64,000 nucleotides of DNA. Source: Podarcis melisellensis. Its lineage: Eukaryota. The stretch lies in the NCBI GenBank assembly GCA_964234715.1, contig OZ174285.1, one strand, 5' to 3'. A model generated the notes under the pieces. The model was not told where the DNA came from. It searched no databases and saw nothing but the letters and a program-made list of their open reading frames with translations. Below, one piece after another: positions 12,492 through 20,973 of the stretch. The position numbers and the translations under genes are program-made. Positions within the stretch are counted from its first letter, which is position 1. Each line of letters opens with the position of its first letter.

Positions 12492-15400
12492 TTTTTTTTA
12501 TAATAATGTTTTTATTTGCTTTTTTCCAAGGTCAGATACATCGTCAATTATTCAACAAAGGCAGTTTTACAGAAAGAAAAGGAAAAAGGTTATAAGCAAA
12601 AAAAGAGATCTTACTTTACAAAACAATTTTTCATGATCTACTGGACTTCCCCACATCTTCCATCCCCTGCATCTTTTTCAATAAAATAAAGTTACAGCAA
12701 ATTAATACCTTGTTTCCTGTGTTTTGTACTTTCCTCAATTGTATATTAGGTTTAGGGGAAATATTGTTAGTTCACAATTCCAACAGTCCTCAATATAGAA
12801 ACTTTACCCTAGACTTTAGTCATTTCATCATCAGAACTTAAATTCAGCAATATCAAAAATTTGAAATCTGAAGCTTGTTGTCTAAAAACTTAACAAATTC
12901 TCAACATTCACATAACTTATAATGTTTTTGTAAATAGTCCTTAAATTTTTTCCAGTCCTCTTCCACTGCCTCTTCTCCCAGGTCTCGGATTCTGCCAGTC
13001 ATTTCGGCCAGTTCCATATAGTCCATCAGCTGCGTATGCCACTCTTCCAGCGTGGGTAGCTCCTGTACCTTCCAATATTTAGCCAATAGAATTCTTGCTG
13101 CTGTAGTTGCATATAAAAAGAAAGTTCTATCCTTCTTTGTCACTCTCTGGCCCACAATGCCCAGGAGAAAGGCCTCTGGTTTCTTAGTAAAGGTATACTT
13201 AAATACCTTTTTCAACTCATTATAAACCATTTCCCAGAATGCCTTCACCTTCGGGCATGTCCACCAGAGGTGAAAGAACGTTCCTTCAGCTTCCTTACAC
13301 TTCCAACACCTTTTATCAGACAAATGGTAAATCTTTGCAAGTTTGACTGGGGTCATGTACCACCTATATATCATTTTCATAATGTTTTCTTTCAAGGCAC
13401 TACATGCCGTGAATTTCATATCGGTGTTCCATAACCTTTCCCAGTCTTCAAACATGATGTTGTAACCAATGTCTTGAGCCCATTTAATCATAGCTGATTT
13501 AACTAACTCATCTTGTGTATTCCATTTAAGCAGCAAGTTATACATTCTTGAGAGCACTTTCGTCTTAGGTTCAAGTAGTTCTGTCTCTAATTTTGATTTT
13601 TCCACCTGGAAACCAATCTTTTTATCTTTTTTAAACATCTCTTGAATTTGGGCATAGAGAAACCAGTCTCGCACCTTGTCCTTTATTTTTTCTAAACTCT
13701 GCAGCTTCCAATTATCTCCAACTTTTTCTATTATCTCACAATATTTAGCCCAACCACTCTCCATGTTAAGTACTTTGGTGGTCTTCGCCTCCGTTGGTGA
13801 CAACCACCTCGGTGTCTTATTTTCAAATAAGTCCTTGTATCTAGTCCAGACATTAAACAAAGCTTTCCTGACAATATGGCTCTTGAACAATTTATGTACC
13901 TTTACCTTGTCGTACCACAAATATGCATGCCATCCAAAAGCATTGTTAAACCCTTCCAGATCTAGGACATCAGTGTTTTCTAGTAGAAACCAATCCTTCA
14001 GCCAGCAGAAGGATGCTGCCTCATAGTATAACCTTAAGTCCGGCAGGGCAAACCCCCCTCTTTCTTTAGCATCTGTTAGTATTTTAAGTTTTATCCGGGG
14101 CCTTTTGCCCTGCCAGACAAATTTCGTAATGTCCTTCTGCCACTTTCCAAAACACTCCACTCTATCCACGATCTGCAGGGTTTGAAACAAGAATAACATC
14201 TTTGGCAATACATTCATCTTTACAGCTGCAATTCTTCCCGACAAGGTAAGTTTTAGTCTTGACCAGATTTCTAAATCCTTTTTAATTTCAATCCAGCATT
14301 TTTCATAATTATCTTTGAATAAGTTCAAATTTTTCCCGGTCAAATTCACCCCCAGGTATTTCACTTTTTTAGCCACATTTAACTCCGTTTCTTTCTGAAA
14401 CTCATCTATTTCTAAAGAAGTCAGATTTTTCGCCAAAACCTTTGTTTTTTGTTTGTTCAACTTGAATCCTGCCACCTGACCAAACTCATAAATTAATTCT
14501 AAAGCTCTTTTAGTACTAGCTTCTGGCTCCTGTAGTGTTAAAACCAAATCATCTGCAAAGGCCTTCAACTTATATTGTTTACCTCCGACCTGTATTCCTT
14601 GTACCTCCCGATCCTTCCTAATCAAGTTCAGCAGTACCTCCAGGACCGAAATAAATAGCAGGGGTGATAGGGGGCACCCCTGTCGTGTTCCTTTTTCAAT
14701 TCTGAACTCTTCTGTCACCACATTATTCACTATCAATTTAGCTTTTTGCTCTGAATAGATTGCTTCTATACCATTTTGAAACGCCCCTCCCACTCCCATC
14801 CCTTCCAAATTTCTCTTCATAAATTTCCAAGATATATTGTCAAAGGCCTTCTCTGCATCTATAAAAATTAATACAGCTCTTGTGTTCAAATTTGTCTGTA
14901 GTAGCTCCAGAACATCTATAATGTTCCTAGTGTTGTCAGACAGATGTCTACCAGGGAGAAAGCCTGCTTGGTCTTTATGAATTACTTCATTCAGAACTTT
15001 TTTAAATCTACTTGCCAGAATGTCAGCAAAAATTTTGTAATCCACATTCAGGAGTGAAATAGGACGATAATTCTTGAGTTGAGTCTTTTCAGATTCCAAT
15101 TTTGGTATCAAAGTGATGAATGCTTCTTTCCACGATTCCGGAGCCCCCTTCCCCTCCATAATTTGGTTACACACCTCCACTAATGGTTGAATCAAATAAT
15201 CTTTTAAAACCTTGTAATATTTGGAGGTGAGTCCATCTGGGCCTGGGGATTTCCCCAATTGCATGTTCTGAATGGCACTTTCTATTTCCTGCTGTGTTAT
15301 TCTGTAATTCAGGGTTGTTTGTTTATCTTGGGATAATTTTTTCAATCCGTTACTTTTTAAAAATTGAATAATCTCCTCCTCCGCCTGTGGACCTTGAGTA

Positions 15401-16172
15401 AACAGTTTTTTGAAATATCTCTGGAAACACTTTCTAATTTCTTCTGGTTTCTGAATACTTTCTCCATCAACCTCCAAGTTGGTAATAGAATTCAATTTGT
15501 GTCTCTTTTTCAGCTGCCATGCTAATAATTTTCCACATTTGTTTGCTGATTCAAAAGATCTTTGTTTCATTTGTTTAATTTTCCATTCTACTTCTTGGTT
15601 TATCAATTTGGCATATTGTGCTTGATGGAACTTAATTTCTCTTAACACTTCTTTTGACTTTGGGTTAAGTCTAAGTCTTTTTTCACCCTCTCGTATCTTC
15701 TCTAAAATCTTATCTCTTTTCCCATTCCAAAGTTTTTTCTTAATAGAATTTTGTTGAATCAGAAACCCCCTCATTACAGCTTTGCTTGCGTCCCAGATTG
15801 TTCTCTTGTCCACCGGGGTATTCATATTGATTTCAAAATAATCCTTCAACGTTTTTTGGGCCTTCTTCACAAAGAAGGCATCTTAAGTTTAGATAGCATG
15901 TGCTGGGCTGGTGGTAGAATTACTGGCATTCTCACAGATTCTCCAGGGCTAAACGGGTTAAATATTTCTCTAGTTTGTAATGGTGGTGTAACCTTAGTTG
16001 ATAGCTTCTCATGTGAGCATCCTTTGTGTGCAACAGAGGTGGCCAGAAGCCTACTTACAAATTTCACAAAACATATTTATATACTTTCTAAAGTGTTTTT
16101 AGACAGTGATTGTCCCTATCAAGGAAGAACCCCAAAGCCCATTACTAGTTTTTAAAGAAATTTTGCCTTTTA
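12492..16172 (-). mobile_element. 5'-truncated L1-clade LINE insertion in PPIC intron 3 (antisense), with about 300 bp of non-L1 sequence at its 5' end
   Basis: TSD aagtgtctggggaatttt(a) at 12473-12491 and 16173-16191; AATAAA (12516-12511) plus short A tail on - strand; about 410 bp 3' UTR; empty site reads CT/AAAA on the - strand, similar to the L1 endonuclease TT/AAAA target. Confidence 0.93.
12901..15870 (-). CDS. L1 ORF2 fragment: reverse transcriptase and C-terminal CCHC zinc knuckle; APE endonuclease absent
   Basis: 989 uninterrupted codons with RT motifs KSPGPDG, YRPISLLNVDYK, IDAEKAFD, GTRQGCPLSPLLF, FADDL, KYLG, plus GGFALPDLRLYY and CWKC-x8-H-x4-C. The start is a truncation point, not a true initiation codon. 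Confidence 0.92.
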   Translation of the reverse strand: MKKAQKTLKDYFEINMNTPVDKRTIWDASKAVMRGFLIQQNSIKKKLWNGKRDKILEKIREGEKRLRLNPKSKEVLREIKFHQAQYAKLINQEVEWKIKQMKQRSFESANKCGKLLAWQLKKRHKLNSITNLEVDGESIQKPEEIRKCFQRYFKKLFTQGPQAEEEIIQFLKSNGLKKLSQDKQTTLNYRITQQEIESAIQNMQLGKSPGPDGLTSKYYKVLKDYLIQPLVEVCNQIMEGKGAPESWKEAFITLIPKLESEKTQLKNYRPISLLNVDYKIFADILASRFKKVLNEVIHKDQAGFLPGRHLSDNTRNIIDVLELLQTNLNTRAVLIFIDAEKAFDNISWKFMKRNLEGMGVGGAFQNGIEAIYSEQKAKLIVNNVVTEEFRIEKGTRQGCPLSPLLFISVLEVLLNLIRKDREVQGIQVGGKQYKLKAFADDLVLTLQEPEASTKRALELIYEFGQVAGFKLNKQKTKVLAKNLTSLEIDEFQKETELNVAKKVKYLGVNLTGKNLNLFKDNYEKCWIEIKKDLEIWSRLKLTLSGRIAAVKMNVLPKMLFLFQTLQIVDRVECFGKWQKDITKFVWQGKRPRIKLKILTDAKERGGFALPDLRLYYEAASFCWLKDWFLLENTDVLDLEGFNNAFGWHAYLWYDKVKVHKLFKSHIVRKALFNVWTRYKDLFENKTPRWLSPTEAKTTKVLNMESGWAKYCEIIEKVGDNWKLQSLEKIKDKVRDWFLYAQIQEMFKKDKKIGFQVEKSKLETELLEPKTKVLSRMYNLLLKWNTQDELVKSAMIKWAQDIGYNIMFEDWERLWNTDMKFTACSALKENIMKMIYRWYMTPVKLAKIYHLSDKRCWKCKEAEGTFFHLWWTCPKVKAFWEMVYNELKKVFKYTFTKKPEAFLLGIVGQRVTKKDRTFFLYATTAARILLAKYWKVQELPTLEEWHTQLMDYMELAEMTGRIRDLGEEAVEEDWKKFKDYLQKHYKLCEC

Positions 16173-17045
16173 AAGTGTCTGGGGAATTTTAGCAGCTCAA
16201 GAATCTGCTGTAAAACCGCCTGCAGTTGCCTGTTGCACTGGTTTCCAGCACTTTTCTGAACCCAGTACTCAAGTGGATGTATGTAGAGCAGGAGAAGTTC
16301 TGGTAATGCTGGCCCAAGGCAAAGGAAAAATGGTGCCTCATTCATTTACATGTACAAAAGTAAAGCAACATTTGTGAGTCCTATGATGCATCTATGGACA
16401 GCAGCCTAGTTTAGGGGGTGCAAGTTAGACATTGTTTACTTCCCACCCCCAGCTGTTGCTTCCGGGAGCAACTGCCTTCCTCTGCCTAATGTTAGGGCCA
16501 GGCCTTGCTTCTGTTGGCTTTTCAACTGCCAGTTACCTGCTTGGCAAGTACGGTGAATCCATTCCCGCTCTTTCCCATCTTATACATGATCAGCTGTGCA
16601 TCAGCTTGCAGATGCATACTCTTGATCTTGGCCAGGGTGGTATTATATCACCTTAGGGAACAGCACCCCCCCCCTCCAAAAACCATTTTTATGGAAATGT
16701 CTAGAAAGAGATGCAAGCCGATTCCTCCTATTGCTATAGTACGCAAGTTGCAGATTCAGTGAACCTTCATAATTTGTTAGTGCTGGGGAAGGGGGGGTGC
16801 ATTAACACAGCCAGTGCCTAATTACATTGCATGCTGGGATTGCTCTTACTGTTGCAGTTAGCATGATTCCTGGTAGCTGATTCAGCAGACTATCTAGGAA
16901 GTTCCATTTAGGTGCACTGGTGAGGTTGAGGCAGTTGAAGGTGTTCTGGAGATTCAGGTGTTGGCCTATATCTTAAACCCTTTTAGGGGGGAAAAAGTCT
17001 AAAACAAAATATTGTTTCTTCTGAACCTGATGTCTTGTTTCCCAG

Positions 17046-17230
17046 GAAAGAGCATCTATGGAGAGACGTTTCCTGATGAAAACTTTAAGCTGAAGCATTA
17101 TGGTATTGGATGGGTCAGTATGGCTAATTCTGGCCCAGATACCAATGGTTCCCAGTTCTTCATTTCTGTGACAAGGCCTGGATGGTTAGATGGAAAGCAT
17201 GTAGTGTTTGGGAAAGTCATTGATGGAATG
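17046..17230 (+). CDS. PPIC: PPIC exon 4, (G)[61 protein letters not shown]
   Basis: 185 bp; cccag| acceptor, |gtaggt donor; NGSQFF and [10 protein letters not shown] motifs (cyclosporin-contacting Trp retained); phase matches exon 3. Confidence 0.97.
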
Positions 17231-17765
17231 GTAGGTAAAAAAATAACTATACTAGCTTTGTTCATTAGTTGGAAGCAGTGGGTATAGCAGAGAGTGGCTA
17301 ACCTGTGGCCTGAGGGACACATCCTCCCCCACAGTAGGTTTTTTGTGCCCCCATTTATAATTATTATTTTTAAAACAAACATTTAAAAAAAATGATTGCT
17401 CCCATAGGTCCCCCACTGAGATGCCAAAAGGACTTTTTTGGGGCCCTGCAAGGACTTGTAAAACCAGTCCATTTGAAATGTTTCTGATTGACCACTCTCT
17501 TGGGTACCCTGCAGTGACTGTGATGTCACAACATTTTTGTGAGGTTCCCCAAAAATGTGTCCTTTAATTTTTTTTAAATGGCCATCTGTGGGGTATGGAT
17601 TAATGAATGTTTTAAAAGCTTATCTAGAATTGTCTACATGAGTTCTGGTGTAGCCTCTGCTTTATAGACCCTTAGCAATTATCTAACTATTCTTAATTAT
17701 GATATATGTGTACACATCACTAAAGTGGGGAATGACATCATCATCATCATCATCACTGATTTATT

Positions 17766-17929
17766 CAGTGCTTTTTTCTAAAAAAAGTTTAAGGGTACTC
17801 TCATTTTGACTTAAGAAAATCACCAAATCGGGTAAAAGAAATACAGTAAATGGGAAAAAGTACAAAGATTCACAAAATGTTTAGGGGTATGCATACCTCT
17901 GTGTTGTCGTCCCCCCCAAAAAAGCACTG
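17766..17929. mobile_element. hAT-type MITE
   Basis: TIR CAGTGCTTTTTT; 8-bp TSD GATTTATT (17758-17765, 17930-17937). Confidence 0.85.
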
Positions 17930-18129
17930 GATTTATTAATCACCTTGTACACAACTGTCTCCAGGTGGTGCACAGCAAGAACAATTAAAAACAGATTAAA
18001 AACAGCAAATCCATTTAAAACAAAATTAAAATATTAATGCACATCAGGCAGCTGGCTACTGGTGTTCATGTTTTGGTAAACATCAGGACAGAGTGCTGTA
18101 ATTTGCTCTATGTGGAGCTTCCTTGTGAA

Positions 18130-18470
18130 GGACTGTTCAGAAGCTGAAACTGGTTCAAAACAGAGTTGCCGGGTTATTGGCTGCAGTCAGTTGCTGCAAA
18201 CATCTTGCTGGTGTTTCGCTGGCTGTGATCTGGCGCAATTTAAAGTGCTGGTGCTTCCCTTTAAAGCCCTAGGCGGCACAAGGCTTGCATAGCAAAAGGA
18301 ACACTTGCCCCCTTTTCAGCTTGCCTGTGCGTTGATGGAATTTTCGGATGCCCCCTCTGTGTTAAAGAGTGGTGGCCTAGGTAGTGGAATTCCCTCTCCA
18401 GAGAGACTTGCCTGGAAGCCCACGTTATCTTTTTAGCACCAGGTGAGGTTGTTTTTGTTTCCAGCTTTTA
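18130..18470 (+). mobile_element. Degenerate L2 LINE 3' fragment
   Basis: gcgcaatttaaagtgctggtg...tttaaagcccta (AQFKVLV..FKAL) is similar to the younger L2 copies. Confidence 0.55.
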
Positions 18471-18985
18471 AAGTTTAAATATTGCTTTTAGATGCTGCTC
18501 CGGTTTATTATTGTATTTTATTTTTTTTTAAATGTAAAACTGAAAGTGTTGACATGTGGGACATAAATGCTTTAAATAGTTTCTAGGGGATGGGGCACAA
18601 ATGCAGGCTCTTGGTGCCCACAGAGGTCTCCCCCAGTGCCAACAAGGGTCCTGTTTCCTGCCTTGGCTGAAATAAAGCCTGAAAGATGGCTCTCTACTGT
18701 AGGATTTTTTCAAGCCGAATTGTGGTGTGTGGGGCACTTTGTGGGGTGGTGTCTACAACTATCTCCAGCTGTCACTTCCCATTTCAAAAACACCCCCATG
18801 CCACAATTAGGTTTCAAAGCAGCCTACTATTTTCTATCAAAAGCACAGAAGCAGACTGTGGGGAGATACAGAGCAAAAAAATATAAGCAGAAGTAAAGAG
18901 AAATCCCACAAAATGTAAACTCAGCAGTACATTTCACATCTATGTTGTGTTTGACACCAGAGGTAAGTTTTTCTTCTTCTTTCAG

Positions 18986-19120
18986 TTAGTGGTGCACGCC
19001 ATAGAACTTCAGCCGGTAGATGACGACGACCGCCCTCTTCAAGACTGTGTGATTGTTAACAGTGGAAAAATAGATGTAAAAGAACCATTTGTGGTTGAAG
19101 TAGATGACTGGAGAAGTTGA
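18986..19120 (+). CDS. PPIC: PPIC exon 5 (last coding), [44 protein letters not shown]
   Basis: 135 bp; pyrimidine tract + ttcag| acceptor; cyclophilin-C-type C-terminus PFVVEVxDW; spliced CDS 645 nt = 214 aa. Confidence 0.95.
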   Translation, partial: LVVHAIELQPVDDDDRPLQDCVIVNSGKIDVKEPFVVEVDDWRS

Positions 19121-19769
19121 CGGCAACGTGAGCAAAGGAACTGCAATGGTTTCTCCTCTGGCTAAAAGCAGGCAAGGATATCTGAAGATTCTTTTGCAAG
19201 AGAACGTGGTAACTTCACAGGCAGCATTGAAATATCTAGGTGCTAAATCCAGAGGACTACTTGATTGCCTTTCCAGGAAGTAGTTTTATGGGGGGAAAAC
19301 ATTAGGAATGTATTGACTTGAGTGGTTGAAGGCAATAATTTTCCTGCTCTTTGATTATTCACATGCTACTTTTATTAACAGCTCGCCCTCATTTTTTGGT
19401 CATGCGAGTCTCCCACCTTATGGATAGATCTGCTTATAGGGTTTTATAAAATATCTCATCCTGGAAACACTAAAGCATTTAGTAGTTTGTGGCGAATGGA
19501 AAACACACTCCTTCAGCCTGCTCCTCTAAAACATGTTCTCTGCTTCAAGCACCTGACACAGTTCTCTTTTCATATAAAGAATATTTGAGACTTCTTTCCA
19601 TTCCTTTTTATAACAGGGGTTTCCTGCATCAATGATGGACAGGTGTGCAGGTCCTATGGCATGTATGATGAATTTAAATTTGTTCAAATTCAATATATGC
19701 AGAATGTGAGCGTATTACTGTTGCAAATAAGTCTATACCCACTGTTGTGTATTGATATTTTATACATAC

Positions 19770-19775
19770 ATTAAA
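19770..19775 (+). terminator. PPIC: Candidate PPIC polyadenylation signal (ATTAAA)
   Basis: ATTAAA about 650 nt after the stop, followed by a T/GT-rich downstream stretch. Confidence 0.5.
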
Positions 19776-20188
19776 CTTCTGCTAAAAAGCTATTCTTGTT
19801 TTCTGAACATATTGCCCTGTTTGCCACGCAACAGTATAAAGATGTAAAAGTATTTTCATTCGCTGCATTTGCATGTAATGCTAAACCTTGATTAGCTACT
19901 TTCACTTTCAAAGACATGTGGCTTAGTATTAGTTATGAATCAGATATAATAGTTTAAATCCTGGTTTGGTATACAGTCTGGGGCATAATCCATGGCTTGA
20001 AGCTGTCCTGTTTAGAAATTGACCACAAGCTGTGATTCCTTCATAATTCTTAACACAACCACCAGACTAATAGAGCAGCAAGCATTGACAAAAGAATTCA
20101 ACTGAGTAGGTTGCTATTAACAAACACTAGAATTAGACCAGAAATAGATGCACGTCAAACGCTAACGTATGCAATGTAATGCCAATGT

Positions 20189-20194
20189 TTTATT
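20189..20194 (-). terminator. SNX24: Candidate SNX24 polyadenylation signal (AATAAA on - strand); a second candidate at 20600-20605
   Basis: TTTATT on + strand, about 710 nt after the SNX24 stop, with GT-rich sequence downstream on the - strand. Confidence 0.45.
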
Positions 20195-20902
20195 TTGGGT
20201 TCTGACATTTTGTGAAACATAAGCATATGGTTCACTTAGACAATTGACCTCTGAATATTTATTAGCTGATTATTTTTACCCATCATGTTCTGTCTGCTTC
20301 CTGCTACATAATGGTACAAGTTAATTAACATGGGAAAGTTATGCTCACCAAACAGAGTGTATTGGCTGAAAGCACAAGGTTTGTTGCCAGGGTCCTGAAG
20401 TAAATTTAAGTTATACTTAAGATAATATAGATATGATATAATCACATCAGAAATACTAATAATAAGCTTAGATTACATTTCAAGTTTGGGCAGTAATTCT
20501 CTTAACATTTTTTTCCGGTCTTGCCTGCGTAATAAGTTGCCCTGTGTACCCACTGCCAGCAGTGGATACTACACTGAGACAAAAGGCTTAGTGTAGTAAT
20601 TTATTATTTTAAAAAATCAATACATGATGAAAGTTGTTAGTGTAATTCAGCTTATGAATGTCAGCTTTTAAAACATTTGGAGTTGAGTAGACAGATTCAA
20701 CAGTAGCGTTTTCTCCATTCATCAATTTAAAAGCAGCAATATTAGTGATACACTAAATTAATTTTAAAAGGGGAAATGTTCCATCATTAAATACCATCTC
20801 CACTGTGACCACATTCTGTTGTCTTAGGAGTTTTACTAAAAATGTGCAGTTCCAAGGAAGAGGATGAGTTTATTTCGGTTACTATCCATCCAAACCCATT
20901 TT

Positions 20903-20973
20903 CTACCTGGGTTGTAGATGAGGATAAAACAATCCACGGAGAACACCTTCAATAACTACGTTTGGAAAGTCAT
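20903..20973 (-). CDS. SNX24: SNX24 exon 7 (last coding), (D)DFPNVVIEGVLRGLFYPHLQPR*
   Basis: 71 bp; poly-T tract + cccag| acceptor on - strand; matches the SNX24 C-terminus FPNVVIEGVL..FYPHLQPR; TAG at 20905-20903. Confidence 0.95.

Noticed and set aside
13676-14026. 116-aa + strand ORF
   Set aside because: Antisense shadow of L1 ORF2.
15874-16172. Twin-priming inverted L1 5' segment
   Set aside because: The + strand frames examined show no APE endonuclease motifs, and the sequence lacks the strongly A-rich coding bias of this L1. Not fully excluded without a family consensus.
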